From Ministeria vibrans ATCC 50519 (lineage: Eukaryota > Protista > Filasterea), in assembly GCA_943704425.1 (NCBI GenBank), contig CALSCP010002280.1, positions 43,832 to 99,628 of the forward strand: a stretch of DNA of 55,797 nt, in the 5' to 3' direction. Shown one piece after another: positions 54,092-55,797 of this stretch. How positions within the stretch are numbered: position 1 is the stretch's first letter; every line of letters begins with the position of its first letter. Both the position numbers and the translations under genes were made by a program. The notes under the pieces were generated by a model. The model worked only from the letters and a program-made list of their open reading frames with translations, was not told the origin of the DNA and did not search any database.

Positions 54092-55723
54092 TTAACAAAA
54101 ACGTTTTATGGAGAAGAGCTCAAAACCAAGAGTATTTTCATTAGAGCTTTTTCGCTCGAGAAATGAGTGCACGGATTTGATTGGAATCGGAGCCGGACAA
54201 AATCGAACGGACAATCGAATGACATTCAATCAATCTACAACACAATTTTATCAATTGAAAAGAAATCACGTCAAATAAGAATAAAACAAAGGAAATTGTT
54301 TGTACCGATCATTTTGTTGGTTTGTGCCCATTTCGAGTGCATAAGCTTTTTCTTCAGCTCTATCCACAATCTGATATGTGTTGAGAGAGAAAAGAAGAAG
54401 AAAGTTTAAGTGTTTGGGTAATTATTATTAATAGTTAAACCTATGACAGTAAGAGAGACTCTCAGACTAGAGACACTCGGTCAATCACAAAGACACTCTG
54501 ACAATCACTCTGACACACTCAAACAGTCAGTCAGTCTCAGACACCCAGTCAATCGCACAGGGTCACCAGCTCTCTTCTCTGTCTCTCTAACGATCGCTTT
54601 GTTTCTTTCTCCTCTCTCCGATCGCTTTGTTTCGTTCTCCTCTCTCTCTCTCTCTCTCTGGCTCATCATACCTGCGCAGGCACTCCGGCCATACAAGCAA
54701 CATTCATTCCGTAACTCTTGGGGCATACCCCGCCAGTCAGCGTGTACAGCATGGTGACGTCCCGTTTGCCCTATGTCATAAAAATAATATAAATTACGCT
54801 ACAATGAAGGAAGAAAAAAGTCGTACTGGGTTGACTTCACAGGCCATGTGAGTGCGTGCGACGTGTGGGTGGTCAGCGTACTCGCTGGTGAGCATATGAT
54901 AGTGGGTACTGAACAACCCACGACACCTAAAATGCAATACAAACGGCGTGCGTAGATGAGGGCTCAGGTTTGTCATTAAAATGCGATTATAATTTATAGA
55001 GTTACTACGTCTCGCGATATAATATGTGCAATAACAGCTACTTACATGGTCTTGTCTGCGAGGTGACGCAGCACTGCATACGCAATGGAGTAACCATCAA
55101 AGGTGCTCGTGCCACGGCCAAGCTCATCCAAAATCACCACAGAGTCGCGCGTGGCATGGCGAAGAATCGTCGACGTCTCAGTCTAGAAAAGCAACCAATC
55201 AAAACAGTGAGAAACACGGAAAGAAGACAATTTTACAAGTCATACGAGTTCACACATAAACGTGGATTGACCGGCAATGATGTTATCTGATGCGCCAATG
55301 CGAGTGAAAATTCGATCAGCCGCAGTGAGACGACACTCGCGCGCCGGAACGTAACAGCCCAACTGAGACAGCACAATCGCTATACAAAGCGGGAGAAAAA
55401 GAAGAGTCAGTGTATAACTGTCATGTAAGTATCACTATCATATCAGTGAAACAAAGAATCGCTTCTAGATGTGTGCGTGTCTGTGTTACCAATGCACACT
55501 TGACGGAGAAGTGTTGATTTTCCGCCCATATTGGGTCCAGTAAGAAGCATCATTTCAGGAGAGCCATTGCCCAGTCTACACGCACACAAATATAGAGAGA
55601 GATGCATAAGTCAATCAATGGCCCATTGCTTAACACACTTACTTGACATCGTTTGGCACAAATCCATTTGATGCAACCACGCAGGGGTGACGCAACTGAG
55701 AAATCTCACAAAAGGCAGGCTCA
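54092..55723 (-). CDS. MSH6: DNA mismatch repair protein MSH6, C-terminal ATPase exons (gene continues off the window end)
   Basis: LRHPC..FVPND; [16 protein letters not shown]; [24 protein letters not shown]; [14 protein letters not shown]; LFSTHYHML; [10 protein letters not shown]. Confidence 0.93.

Positions 55724-55797
<74 letters not shown>

Overview
Gene-dense, intron-rich eukaryotic nuclear DNA from a draft assembly, with five short N gaps and many (CT)n, (CA)n and (AAT)n microsatellites. The GT-AG introns are mostly 50-70 nt. The gene set (FoxJ2/3-type forkhead factor, SIK3-like kinase, NECAB, MRNIP, PIH1D2) suggests a unicellular opisthokont/holozoan-like organism; this is inference only. 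About 25 protein genes can be reconstructed by hand-splicing, including TFIIB, GCLC, RPB9, PPAT, BOLA3, PCYOX1, NDUFA6, GTF2H3, NDUFAF1 and a partial MSH6. The standout feature is a circularly permuted tRNA-Gly(UCC) gene at 26288-26365. Its 3' half lies upstream of its 5' half, the break is at position 37/38, and it has an upstream TATA box and a T9 terminator. Other notable items: (1) a GH141-like beta-helix gene and a complete pectinacetylesterase/Notum-family domain joined in frame by a single TAG that is also a possible splice acceptor; (2) a SIK3-like kinase with a MARK-type KA1 tail; (3) a three-member twin zinc-finger family; (4) a degenerate RLE-type non-LTR retrotransposon next to TTA repeats. 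All identifications come from reading motifs, with no database searches.
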